A stretch of 64,000 nucleotides of DNA from an uncultured delta proteobacterium (GTDB lineage Bacteria > Desulfobacterota > Binatia > UBA9968). The notes below the pieces were generated by a model. The model was given only the letters and a program-made list of their open reading frames with translations, searched no databases and was not told the DNA's origin. Both the position numbers and the translations under genes were made by a program. Positions 34,973 through 45,395 of the stretch are shown piece by piece. The stretch lies in the NCBI GenBank assembly GCA_963745035.1, contig CAVUVW010000027.1, positions 288,001 through 352,000 of the forward strand. Reading direction: 5' to 3'. Each line of letters begins with the position of its first letter. Within the stretch, counting starts at the first letter, position 1.

Positions 34973-36200
34973 TCATGTTTTTATTTCTTCCGGCGGCCGG
35001 ACATGACGGAACATCAAATAAAAAGCCACGTCGTTGATCAATTGTAACCCGCCGCCGATGAACAAGGGAAGAGTGAGGGAAACGCTTTGCATCAAATAAG
35101 TAGAAATTGTCGGGCTTATGCCGAACGGGACGATGCGCGCGAGGCTCGTGACGCCGGCGGCGGAGCCGCGCTCATCCGCTTTGACCATTGCCATGGTGAA
35201 CGAAGCGCGCAGCGGGTTATCCATGTAGGCGAAGAAAGAGCGCACGATGAGCAGCGCCGCGGCCAAGCCCAGAGTCGGCGCCAAGCGGCAAGACCAAATA
35301 GATCACCGATGCCAGGGCATGGGAGAAAGCCATGGTTCTAACGACGCCGATCCTGCGCGCGATCACCGGCGCGCTGAGAAACGACAGAGCGGCAAGAAAA
35401 TAAGAGGCGAAAAAGATGATGCCGAGGGACTTGAGCTCGACCCCGAAGCGGAGAAAGAACCAGTAGGGCACCAGCGCCCCCGCCATGCCCGCGCCGAAAT
35501 TATCGACGACCGCCAGCGCGGACATCTTCGTGACGAAAACGCCGCTGCTCTTGGACATTTTCTTTTCACTCGTGCGCGGCTGGTGCTGCTCGCTTATGGC
35601 CCGATACACGAACAGCAACACCACGCTGAAAACGATGGTCAAAATGAAAAGCGGCTTGTACGACCCGATGTCGGTCCAGCCCCGATGCTCTTGAAGAAAC
35701 TGCGGCAGCCCGCTGGCAAGCGCGCCTAAGGAACCCGCAATGGACCCGACGCACGAGTTGATGGCGAAGATTTGGTTGCGATTATCGGGCCGGCACTTCT
35801 CCGCGAGCAAAGCTTCCTCCGCCGGGTTGAATGGACCGCCGCCCGATCCGCCGCCTCCGGATCCGCCGGCGCCGACGTTGGCGATGATCACCGAGGCGAG
35901 AATGAAGAAAAGGTCTGTAAAATAAACCAGGATGAGATTGGAGACGATCGTCAGGACGGCGAGCAGCATCAAAATGTTCCGGCGGCCGAAGCGGTCCGAC
36001 AGATAACCCCATACCGCGGTAAGCAGCGCGCCGCTCAGATAAGCGACGGTGAAAATGACGCCGATGGTGATCGTCGAATAGCCGAGCCGGTCGAGATAGA
36101 TGGCGAAGACGACGTTGAGATACGAGAACGCGAAGGCGCGGATGCCGCGCGCCGCCATCAACAGTTTGGCGTCACGGTGGAGGTCGCTAATCAATCCCAT
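34973..36200 (-). CDS. MFS transporter (frameshift near 35280)
   Basis: GYLSDRFGRR motif A, about 12 TM helices; paralog of the adjacent gene. Confidence 0.85.
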
Positions 36201-36202
36201 GC

Positions 36203-37459
36203 TTACGCGGTGACCGGTTGCGGTTTGGCTCCTTGCTCTTCGGGCGGCTTCACGTCGCGGAAGAGAAAATAAAAAATGCAGTCGTGGGTGAGCTGCAAGA
36301 AGCCGCCGATAAAGACGGGCACATTGAGAGTAAAAGCTTGCATGAGATAGGCGGACAGAGTCGGGCTGATGGCGACCGGCACATGGCGCGATAGCGTCGT
36401 GAAGCCGGCTGCGGCGCCGCGGTCCTCGGGGCGGACCACCCCCATGATGAACGAGCTGCGCAGCGGGTTGTCCATGTACGCGAGATAGGAGCGAATGATC
36501 GTCAGCGCGGCGGCGATATTAAACGTCGGCGCAAGCGGGAGGATGAGGTAGAGCGCCGATGCCAGCCCATGGGAAAACGCCATGGTGCGCACCACACCGA
36601 TGCGCCGCGCGATGAGCGGCGCCGTCAGGAAAGACATGGCGGCGAGAAAGTAAGAGAGAAAAAACATGAACCCCAACGACTTCAATTCCACTCCATAGCG
36701 AAGAAAAAACCAGTAGGAGATCAGCGGGCTGATGAGGCCGCCACCGAGATTGTCGATCATGCCGAGCAAAGACATCTTGAGTACGAATTTGTTGGCCTTG
36801 GTTACGAGCGGCTTTTTCTCGCGCTTCTTCGGCACGTGGTGCTCCTCGATGCGCGAATACGCGAAGATCAAAATAATACTGAAGAAGATCGTCAAGGCGA
36901 ACAGCGGCTTGTACGACGGGATGGCCTGCCATCCCCACGCTTCCTGCAGGTGCTGCGGCAAGCCGCTCAAGAGCGCGCCGAGCGCGCCCATCATCGAGCC
37001 GACAAACGCATTGGCGGAAAAAATCGCGTTACGATTCTCCGGCGAGCATTTCTCGGCGAGCAGCGCCTGTTCGACCGGACTCATCGGGCCGCCGCCTTGA
37101 CCGCCGGCGCCCGAGCCGCCCGCGCCGACATTGGCGATGATGACGGCTGCGATGATGAAGATCAGGTGGCTCGAGAAAATGTAGATCAAGTTGGAGACGA
37201 TCGTCAGAGCGGCGAGCAGGACAAGAATATTCTTGCGCCCGTAGCGATCCGAAAGATACCCCCATACCGCGGTCAAAACGGCGGCGCTGGCATAAGCGGT
37301 GGTGACGACGACACCGATGGTCACCGTCGAATAGCCGAGCTGGCTCAGGTAAATCGTAAAAACGACGCCCAGATAGGAGAACGCGAAGGCGCGCACGCCG
37401 CGCGAAATCATCAAGATGGCGGCGTCGCGCTGAAGCTCGGCGAAAGCCCGGCGAATCAT
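36203..37459 (-). CDS. MFS transporter
   Basis: GYLSDRYGRK motif A, about 12 TM helices, Gly-rich loop GAGGSGAGGQGGGP. Confidence 0.88.
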   Translation of the reverse strand: MIRRAFAELQRDAAILMISRGVRAFAFSYLGVVFTIYLSQLGYSTVTIGVVVTTAYASAAVLTAVWGYLSDRYGRKNILVLLAALTIVSNLIYIFSSHLIFIIAAVIIANVGAGGSGAGGQGGGPMSPVEQALLAEKCSPENRNAIFSANAFVGSMMGALGALLSGLPQHLQEAWGWQAIPSYKPLFALTIFFSIILIFAYSRIEEHHVPKKREKKPLVTKANKFVLKMSLLGMIDNLGGGLISPLISYWFFLRYGVELKSLGFMFFLSYFLAAMSFLTAPLIARRIGVVRTMAFSHGLASALYLILPLAPTFNIAAALTIIRSYLAYMDNPLRSSFIMGVVRPEDRGAAAGFTTLSRHVPVAISPTLSAYLMQAFTLNVPVFIGGFLQLTHDCIFYFLFRDVKPPEEQGAKPQPVTA

Positions 37460-38423
37460 CGCGCTATCGCCGAAGGTTTGAGGCTGCGCTCGAAATCGAG
37501 CTCGGTGCGGATGTCGATGGCATGAAGCGCGTCGTTCGCTTCTTCCAACGAGGCGCTTTGACGCACGGCTTGGGCCGGCCGCGAGAGCGTCTCGTACAAT
37601 TTCATCGGCGACATAAAGAAGGTGAGCGCCGTGAGCGGTGTCAATTTGAGAGTTCGGCTTCCGCCGCGAATGTTTTTCGTTCCGGTTGCGCCTCTAAAGC
37701 ATTGCAAAGGTATGGCGCTTGCTTCGGTCGGGACCGTTTTTACGACTTGCTCCAATTCGGCGGCGATTTTCGCGAGTGAGCGACCATGTGCCGAGCAAAC
37801 CGCCGGCGCCCGCCACCCGGGCCAGATGCGCCTTCGATCTCATCGACGGTAAGCTCGCCGTCGCTGCCATAGCCGAATACACCCCAGATTGTGCGCCAGC
37901 CGCGCCGCTCCAGTTCGGCCCATGCCGCGAGCATGATCGAATCCGCCAGTGGGCTCCGCAGTCCCGGCTCCCGGCCATCTGGCCAGCGAATCACCGCCGA
38001 CATCGATGCCGACCAACAGGTCAGCGTTCAATTCCTTCAGCGCGCTTTCCACCCATGGACAACACCCTTCACGCCGCCGTTGATATCGACGAGCAAAACC
38101 TCTTGCTCTATGACCGCTGCCATCCGCGATTCGGCGAAAAACGCGCCGGTGTCGGTTTGGCTCTCCGCGATTCGCCATCCAAGCGTAGGGATGAAGAACG
38201 CGCACATTCCGGACTTCGGCGAGTTTGCGTGGACCGGGCACTGCGATCGTATTCAGCGCGCTCCCACGAAACTCCGCCCAACGTGAATTGAAGATCTAGG
38301 AATTCGAGAAATCTCGCTGTCGCCAGGGCGCCGACAACGTCACCTCCGCCGCCTACGCCAACGACCAAGCGCGCGGGAGGAAGCGCGCAGTAAATCTTCA
38401 AGTGAAGCTGGCGTGGAAGTCAT
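37456..38423 (-). CDS. DUF1152 domain protein (multiple frameshifts)
   Basis: GVGGGGDVVG, LGGVSWER, VGIDVGGDSLA, LRSPLADSIML, GYGSDGEL and PTEAS in successive frames. Confidence 0.75.
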
Positions 38424-38980
38424 CGGGACAGGTGAGTATCCTGGCCCGGCACCGGGTTGGCGATCGCTTCTTCGAGCGAGCGCACGCCGTTCCATTCGCT
38501 GGCTGGACGCACGCGCCCGTCGCTGCCGACCTGGTCGACGCCCCAATAGATTTCCAGCGAATGATTGTCCGGATCGCGAAACTCGACGGCAATCTGGCAT
38601 CCGGCGCGCCGCCGCCCCTCGAAGTCGATTTTGGCGCCGCAGGCGCGCAAGCGATCGCGCGCGGCGATCACCTGGGCAAGAGTCGGTACTTCGAAGGCGA
38701 GATGGTGCAGCTCTCGATTGGCATGCTTACCGTCGCCCGCGCCGACCAGCGCCAGGCAATGATGATCCGTGCCGCAGCGCAAGAAAACCATGCCGCCTGG
38801 CATCATGTCTTCGGGATATACGTCGGAGACTTTAAAGCCCAGAATACGCGTGTAAAAATCTGTCGAGCGTTCAAGGTCGCTCACTTGTAAAACGACATGG
38901 CCAACTTTGGCGATATGAAAGTCCATGCCTGTCGGAGGCGTCATGCTTTTCAGCTTTTCAACATCGACGGACATCTCCAA
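38420..38980 (-). CDS. VOC family protein (paralog of 33836-34345)
   Basis: VGHVVL, DHHCLAL, HHLAFEV, FRDPDNHSLEIY. Confidence 0.85.
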   Translation of the reverse strand: MEMSVDVEKLKSMTPPTGMDFHIAKVGHVVLQVSDLERSTDFYTRILGFKVSDVYPEDMMPGGMVFLRCGTDHHCLALVGAGDGKHANRELHHLAFEVPTLAQVIAARDRLRACGAKIDFEGRRRAGCQIAVEFRDPDNHSLEIYWGVDQVGSDGRVRPASEWNGVRSLEEAIANPVPGQDTHLSR

Positions 38981-39214
38981 TTTCCTTTTTGATGTTTGAT
39001 TTGATTTGCTATACCACTTCCGTTCGGGATCTGCACATGGACGAGCGGATGATTTTCCCTGTCGGTCAAAATAGCGGTGTTGGATGGCTCAATCGGTCAG
39101 GCACCACACATAGTTGAGGCAACCCCACAGTATTGACGGGGAGAATCGGTACAGAGTAGTGTCGCGAGTCAGAAGGCGCGCTTTGTTGCTGTTGCAAGAC
39201 AGATGGAGGAACGC

Positions 39215-39460
39215 ATGGCAGTCTTAATTGTGGACTACCTGAAGGCTTTTGGCTGGGGCGTAGTAGGTGCCATGACAATGGCTGTGTCTCTCTGGCTTTT
39301 GCTCAAGGTCTTCACTTGGCTAACACCTATCGACGAATGGGAGGAGCTGCGGAAAGGTAACCTCGGGATTGCGATCATAATGGCTGCGGTCATTATAGGA
39401 TTCGCCATCGTCGTGGGCTCCATGGTCGCACCGCCCCCGATTGTGCCTGTTGCACCGTAG
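39215..39460 (+). CDS. DUF350 family small membrane protein
   Basis: Two TM helices around LTPIDEWEELRKGNLGIAI; GGAGG SD. Confidence 0.78.
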   Translation: MAVLIVDYLKAFGWGVVGAMTMAVSLWLLLKVFTWLTPIDEWEELRKGNLGIAIIMAAVIIGFAIVVGSMVAPPPIVPVAP

Positions 39461-39574
39461 CTTCTCAATGCATTCGTCTCAGAAACAACTCGGTAACTTT
39501 CGCTCGTGAAGAGCAGAGGATCGAGCCGGATCAGAACTTTTGATTCTTAAATGATCGCCCCTTCAGGACGTCAC

Positions 39575-40369
39575 TTAACGCGGGGACGCGGACATCAGAT
39601 GATTGGCTCGCAGGAATTCGATCACAAACTGGTCGAACGTTGCGGGATCTTCGATGTTGCACGCGTGGCCGGTCTTGGGAAGAACCTTGTGTACGGCTCC
39701 AGGAATCAAGGACGCGGTTTTCTTGCCGCCCGCAAGGGAATTGTCGTACTCGCCGTTGATCACCAAGGTGGGCGCTTTCATCGTCGCCAGCCGCGGCGTC
39801 ATATCGAGGCCGCCGCGGGCGCGGAAAATCTGGCCGATCGATTCCCCCGAAAGCCAAGGGTCGCGCTCGACGAAAGTATTGAGCAAATATTTTCCTAGTT
39901 TCGATTCGGCGAAATCGGGCGCTACTAAATCGCGCAGGTGCTGGACGTGATACTTCTCGACGCCGGTTCTGGTGTAGCCGTGGATGCGTTCGTCGATGGA
40001 ACCGCCGGGCCCGCTGCTGCCGCCGACTAGAATGAGCGCCTTGAACATTTCCGGATGATCGAGCCCGAGCAGGATCGCCATGCCCGAGCCGACGCTAACG
40101 CCGCCGAGTATCGCCTCGGTTACTTTTTCGTCTCGGCAAACGCCGAGAACGTCATCGGCCATGTCCTTCAGGCTGAATGGCGTTTCCGGTTTGTCGGAAC
40201 GGCCGTAGCCGCGAATATCGATAGCGATGACCTTGAAGTAGGTGGAAAAGTGCGCGATCTGGTACATCCACAAGTTATGATCGAACGGATTCGCGTGCAC
40301 CATGACGAAGGGGAAGCCTTCGCCTGACACTTCGTAGTAGATTTTAAGGCCGTTGGCGGTGGAATACAT
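39575..40369 (-). CDS. Alpha/beta fold hydrolase
   Basis: DIRGYGRS, GVSVG nucleophile elbow, GEYD, GHACNIE. Confidence 0.88.
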   Translation of the reverse strand: MYSTANGLKIYYEVSGEGFPFVMVHANPFDHNLWMYQIAHFSTYFKVIAIDIRGYGRSDKPETPFSLKDMADDVLGVCRDEKVTEAILGGVSVGSGMAILLGLDHPEMFKALILVGGSSGPGGSIDERIHGYTRTGVEKYHVQHLRDLVAPDFAESKLGKYLLNTFVERDPWLSGESIGQIFRARGGLDMTPRLATMKAPTLVINGEYDNSLAGGKKTASLIPGAVHKVLPKTGHACNIEDPATFDQFVIEFLRANHLMSASPR

Positions 40370-40375
40370 GGGATG

Positions 40376-40483
40376 CGTTCAAAACGTTCAAGCCGTTCAA
40401 CCGCTTCGCTCAGTTCAAACCGTCCGATCTCGGATTGTTTCCGGACGGCTTGAACCATTTGAACGTTTTGAACGGCTTGAACG
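40376..40483. repeat. GTTCAA 9-mer repeat element, copy 2 (long imperfect palindrome)
   Basis: CGTTCAAAA-CGTTCAAGC-CGTTCAACCGCTTCGCTCAGTTCAA ... TTGAACCAT-TTGAACGTT-TTGAACGGC-TTGAACG. Confidence 0.85.
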
Positions 40484-40486
40484 AGT

Positions 40487-41192
40487 TTAGTTCGATTTGC
40501 TCGGCCGCTCTTGTTTGATCTTTTCTTTGACCTCGTCGAGCTTCATGACGTCGCTGTACTTGTGATGCAGGTCGAAGAGGTTGACCTTGTGCGACAGGAT
40601 GCTGCGGTCAAAGACGCATTCTTCGACGATCGAGACGTGGTAGCCGAGCGAGTAGCCGTCGACGCAGCTCGCGCGTACGCAGCCGCTGGTGCTTTCGCCG
40701 CAGACGATCAAGCTGTCGACGCCGAGTTGGGTCAGATGGGCGACTAGAGGCGTGCCGAAGAAACCGCTGGCGCGTTCTTTGAAGATGACGACGTCACCTT
40801 GCTGAGGTTTAAACTCTTCCTTGATCTCGAATGCTTGCGGGTCGATCTTCACGCGCTGGCGATTGGTGGCGTAGATGGCGTCCGGTTTGGCTTCCTTGCG
40901 GGTCTCGGTGGTCGTGTAGAATATCGGAAGTTTTAGCGAGCGTGCCAAGCGCGAAGAGGTCCTCGGTCGGTTTGATCGCGTTGTGCGCATACACACCGCA
41001 GGAGCTTTTGTAGGTATCGACGAGCTCGTGGGGCTCCTTGGCGCCGCCTTCATACGCCAAGTTGTAGAGGTCGATGGCCAGAAGAGCGGGTCTTTGGCCG
41101 ATGTAAGTTTCGCGGTGGTAGGGCGTGTAAGTTTTTAGAATTTCCGGAGAGACGATGTCTTGCCAGCAGTGGTCTTCGAATCCAGCGGTCAT
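40487..41192 (-). CDS. Isochorismatase / cysteine hydrolase family (frameshift near 40950)
   Basis: PALLAIDL, KERASGFFGT, GESTSGCVRAS. Confidence 0.85.
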
Positions 41193-41465
41193 GATGATCT
41201 CCTTCGGTTCAAGTTATAGATAAACTCGCGGCTTGCGGTTCCCTTTCATCTACCTGGTACTGGAAGGAATTGTCAAGGAATCGCGGCGGGACGAAAGTCC
41301 AAGAAAGATTTCTCACGTTCGTTGGAAATGATAAATGGCCGATTGGTTAGCGCATTCTCGTCGCGCAGCGTGTACATGCGGCGGGATCGCAGGATTGACA
41401 CTAAGACGAGGCTCGATTAAATGGTGGCGACGATCGGCACTTCGGAATCCGAAAAGGGGGACGGT

Positions 41466-43181
41466 ATGTCAAAGAATAACCAGAGATCTAAAAGCGGTTC
41501 CCAATTGACCCGACGAGAGTTCATCAAGCTGGCAGGCGCATCCGCCGCTTCTGCAAGCGTCCTGTCTTGGAAACCGGTCTTTGCCGCCCAACCCGCGCGG
41601 AAGAGAATCATCATTCACGGCGAGCGCCAGGTGACCAGCCTCGGCTATCACAACCGGCGTGAGACGGAGCATGTCTCCATGGTGGACGCGGGTTTGGCAA
41701 CGCAAAATCCAGTGACTCTGGAACGTGTGCCGGTGCTCGCCGAGGAGCTGCCGTCGATCAAGAAGGGAACCTGGAAGGTCGACACCCAGAAAAAAACCAT
41801 GATCACGGTTTACAAGCTCCGGCCGAATCTGAAATGGCACGACGGCAAACCGTACACTTCGAAGGACTTCGAGTTCGGCTGGCAGATCGCCAAGCATCCA
41901 GAGTTTCCCATGCCCGACCGGCTCGTACCCGAAATGATTTCCAAGATCGAAACCCCCGACGATCGCACCATCGTTATCCACTGGAACGCTCTGTACAACG
42001 AAGCCTACGCGATCCAATACACTCATGTGCGTGCTTTTCCGAGACACCTCCTCCAGGATGCGTTCAGCGCGGGCGACATGAAGGCGTTCGCGAACTTGCC
42101 GTATTGGAACAAAAACTTTATCGGCGCGGGCGCATTCAAGGTCGTCGAATGGGAGGGCGGCAGCCGGATGGAACTCGAAGCGTTCAACGATTTTGCCTTG
42201 GGCCAGCCGAAAATCGACCGGATGACTTACAAAACGGTCGAAGACACCAACACCAACTTGGCGGCGGTGCTAGCCGGCGAGGTCGATTTTTGCATGCGCA
42301 GCACGATTTCCTTTGACGGCGCGGTGATCCTGCGCGAGCAGTGGGAAAAGCAGGGCAAAGGCAAAGTGCTCACCAGCCCGGCGTCCTGGACCTGGCTCAA
42401 CTTGAGTCGTGACAATCCGTGGTTCAGCGATGTTCGAATGCGCCGCGCTTTGCTCCATGCCATCGATCGTGACGCCATGACGCAAAACATATTCAAAGGG
42501 GAAAGAATCGTCTCACACATACCGCTCTCGCGGGTGCGCAAGAGCTACAAGAAGGCGCTAGCGACGGCATCGATCTACAAGTACGACCCGGAGCGGGCAA
42601 AAAAACTGTTGGCCGAGGCCGGGTGGAAACCGGGTGCGGACGGAGTGATGGCCAACGGAAAGGGCGAGCGCCTGGAATTCGAGTTTCGCTGCACCGCCGA
42701 GCGGCGCGATCATGAGCAGGCCCAGGCGATCATCGCAGACTACTGGAAAAAAATCGGCGTGCGCAGCAATGTCAAGAACATGCCGAATCGTTTGCTTAAC
42801 TCCGCCGAGAACCGCAGCCGCTGGCCGGGCGCTTTCATCGGCTCTCATAATGTCACCGTCGAGGAGTGGCAGGAGCGTTTTCACACCAAGAATATTCCCA
42901 CCGCAGAGAACAAGTATTCCCTAGAAAACGTTTCCGGCTGGAACGACCCGAAAAAGGACGCGATCCTGGACGAAATTAGTTCCATCGTAAGCCCGGAGCG
43001 GTCCGAGCAGCTGCAGGTAGAATATTGCAAGATGTTCAGCGATGCGCTGCCGCACTTGCCGTTGTTTTTCTCGCCGGAAGTCTTGGTCGTCAAAAGGGGC
43101 TTGACGGGCATCACGCCGCGCCAGGAAAGCGGCGGGCAGAACTCGAGCAGTTGGAACACGCACCAGTGGGATAAGACGTAA
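41466..43181 (+). CDS. Peptide/nickel ABC substrate-binding protein (family 5) with Tat signal
   Basis: LTRREFIK twin-arginine motif, KWHDGKPYTSKD, RRALLHAIDR, YDPERAKKLLAEAGW. Confidence 0.9.
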   Translation: MSKNNQRSKSGSQLTRREFIKLAGASAASASVLSWKPVFAAQPARKRIIIHGERQVTSLGYHNRRETEHVSMVDAGLATQNPVTLERVPVLAEELPSIKKGTWKVDTQKKTMITVYKLRPNLKWHDGKPYTSKDFEFGWQIAKHPEFPMPDRLVPEMISKIETPDDRTIVIHWNALYNEAYAIQYTHVRAFPRHLLQDAFSAGDMKAFANLPYWNKNFIGAGAFKVVEWEGGSRMELEAFNDFALGQPKIDRMTYKTVEDTNTNLAAVLAGEVDFCMRSTISFDGAVILREQWEKQGKGKVLTSPASWTWLNLSRDNPWFSDVRMRRALLHAIDRDAMTQNIFKGERIVSHIPLSRVRKSYKKALATASIYKYDPERAKKLLAEAGWKPGADGVMANGKGERLEFEFRCTAERRDHEQAQAIIADYWKKIGVRSNVKNMPNRLLNSAENRSRWPGAFIGSHNVTVEEWQERFHTKNIPTAENKYSLENVSGWNDPKKDAILDEISSIVSPERSEQLQVEYCKMFSDALPHLPLFFSPEVLVVKRGLTGITPRQESGGQNSSSWNTHQWDKT

Positions 43182-43190
43182 GAGAACGGC

Positions 43191-43228
43191 CGTTCAAATC
43201 GTTCAAGCCGTTCAATATGTTCGCTGCG
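43191..43228 (+). repeat. GTTCAA 9-mer repeat element, copy 3
   Basis: CGTTCAAAT-CGTTCAAGC-CGTTCAATA-TGTTCGCT. Confidence 0.75.
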
Positions 43229-43275
43229 GGTGATTACAGAACAAGCACGCAACGCTCGCTACGGAACCAACGGTC

Positions 43276-44248
43276 ATGTTGCTCTACGTTGTAAAACGGC
43301 TCTTTCAGATCCTTCCTCTGCTCCTGATCATTTCCGCGCTGATCTTTGCGCTGCTCTATATGATGCCGGGCGATCCGCTCTATCGGATGCTCGAAGGCAT
43401 TCCCAACCTGCGCGCGGAAGACTACGAGCGCCTGCGCAGGCTCTACGGCTTCGACGATCCGATTTATGTTCAGTACGGCAAATGGCTCTGGCAACTGCTC
43501 CAGCTCAATCCGGGCTATTCGCGCGAATACGGCCAGCCGGTGTTCGACATCATCTGGCCCGCGCTCAAAAACACATTGGTGTTGACGGTAACCGCGGTCG
43601 TAATCGGCAAGCTGATAGCGATTCTCCTGGGTGTCTTTTCGGCCGTGCGCCAATACTCCTTCGGTGATTACATTCTGACCGCGGTGACCTTCGTCGCTTA
43701 TTCCGTGCCAGCATTCTGGCTCGGACTCATGCTGATCATCCTTTTTTCGGTGAAGCTCGGTTGGCTGCCGACCTCAGGCATCGTCAACGCCGATCTCACG
43801 CCCGGCACTTGGGAGTATCTTGTCGACTGGATGAAGCATCTGATCTTGCCCGTAGCCGTCTTGGCGATTTCCGAGATCATTCAAGTGCAGCGCTTCATGC
43901 GCTCGAGCATGCTCGAAGTGCTGCGCCAGGACTATTTGACCACGGCGCGCGCCAAGGGACTTAGCGAGCGCGTGGTCGTCGGGCGCCATGCTTTGAAAAA
44001 CGCGTTGATTCCAGTGGTCACTATTATCGCCGTCACCATGCCAAGAGTGGTCGGCGGCTCCACCGTGGTCGAAACCGTTTTCGCCTATCCCGGCATGGGC
44101 CGGCTGCTATTTACGTCGATCATGGGCAATGACTTCGTGGTCGCGATGACCGTCGTCATGATCATCGCGATCACGGTGGTGTTCTTTAACCTGCTCGCGG
44201 ATATTCTTTATGGCTGGCTCGATCCCAAGAATTCGCTATCAAAGCTGA
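43276..44248 (+). CDS. Peptide ABC permease (OppB/DppB-like); extra base near 44225 hides the LDPRIRY end
   Basis: MPGDP, DYLTTARAKGL..HALKNALIP, ETVFAYPGMG. Confidence 0.9.
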
Positions 44249-44249
44249 A

Positions 44250-45122
44250 GTGCTCGATCTGCCGACGGCGCAGATCGGCTACTGGCGCGTTGTGTGGCGC
44301 CGCTTCAAGCGCCACCGGGTCGCCTACATTGGGTTTTTCTTCTTTCTCACCCTCCTTTTTCTCGTCATTGCCGGGCCGTATATGGCGCCTTACGAGCTCG
44401 ATCAGGTATCGCTTTCGGAGCGCATGCAAATGCCCTCGGCAAAGCATTGGCTGGGCACGGATGAATTGGGGCGCGATACCTGGGTGCGCATCATGCATGG
44501 CGGTAGAGTGTCGCTTGCAGTGGGCTTGATAGTGGGAATAAGCACCGTGATCTTGGGAGGTCTCATCGGCATTGTCGCTGGCTATATGGGCGGGGTGCTG
44601 GATAATGCTCTCATGCGCATCGTCGACACCATTTATACGATTCCGCGCATCGTCCTGCTTTTGGTGCTGTCAAAGTTGGCGGGACCGGGCTTGCTCAATA
44701 TCATCGTCATTCTCGTTGCGCTGGAGTGGACTAATGCGGCGCGGCTGGCGCGCAGCGCCGTGCTGTCGTTTCGCGAACAGGAATTCGTGCTCGCCGCGCA
44801 ATGCCTGGGTGCATCGCGTTGGCGTGTGATGCTGCGCCACTTGCTGCCCAATTCTCTCGCGCCGCTGATCGTTTCCGCCACGCTCGACGCCGGCGCCGCC
44901 ATCCGCGCCGAGACGACCTTGAGCTTTCTCGGTCTCGGTATTCAGCCGCCGACGCCCAGTTGGGGCAATTTGCTGACCAACGCGGCTACCAATATCTTTA
45001 TCGCCCCGCTGCAAGTGTTTCTTCCCGGCCTGTTTATTTTCTTCGCACTAATGAGTTTTAACCTGCTCGGCGATGCGCTGCGCGATGCCCTCGATCCGCG
45101 CCTAGCCGAGCGCGGCAGGTGA
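44250..45122 (+). CDS. Peptide ABC permease (OppC/DppC-like)
   Basis: HWLGTDELGRD, RHLLPN, LSFLGLG..PSWG, GDALRDALDP. Confidence 0.92.
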   Translation: MLDLPTAQIGYWRVVWRRFKRHRVAYIGFFFFLTLLFLVIAGPYMAPYELDQVSLSERMQMPSAKHWLGTDELGRDTWVRIMHGGRVSLAVGLIVGISTVILGGLIGIVAGYMGGVLDNALMRIVDTIYTIPRIVLLLVLSKLAGPGLLNIIVILVALEWTNAARLARSAVLSFREQEFVLAAQCLGASRWRVMLRHLLPNSLAPLIVSATLDAGAAIRAETTLSFLGLGIQPPTPSWGNLLTNAATNIFIAPLQVFLPGLFIFFALMSFNLLGDALRDALDPRLAERGR

Positions 45123-45395
45123 GAGCGGGCATCTGATTGACGTCGTTTATTCGCCGGCCCGGACGCCTTCGCGTTTCGTCACTCCTGAAAGTTTCTAGTT
45201 CCTATTTCCGCACCATCCATAACAGCAGCTTGTTCCATTTCTCGATGGTCTGGCGGGCTATGCGCCGACAGATCATGCTCCGGGTATCACCGCTTAAAGC
45301 CATACCAGTAGTGCGCTGCGCGGCCGGTGTTACTTGTTTGCACCGCTTTGGAATATCCGCTAGTTTCGATTGGTCTTTACTTCGCGGTTACAACG

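Noticed and set aside
34870-40483. GTTCAA arrays as CRISPR repeats
   Set aside because: The units are 9-mers without unique spacers, and there are no cas genes in the window.
45202-45303. 33-aa minus-strand ORF (MALSGDTRSMICRRIARQTIEKWNKLLLWMVRK)
   Set aside because: No SD, no recognisable motif, and antisense to the surrounding operon; support is insufficient.
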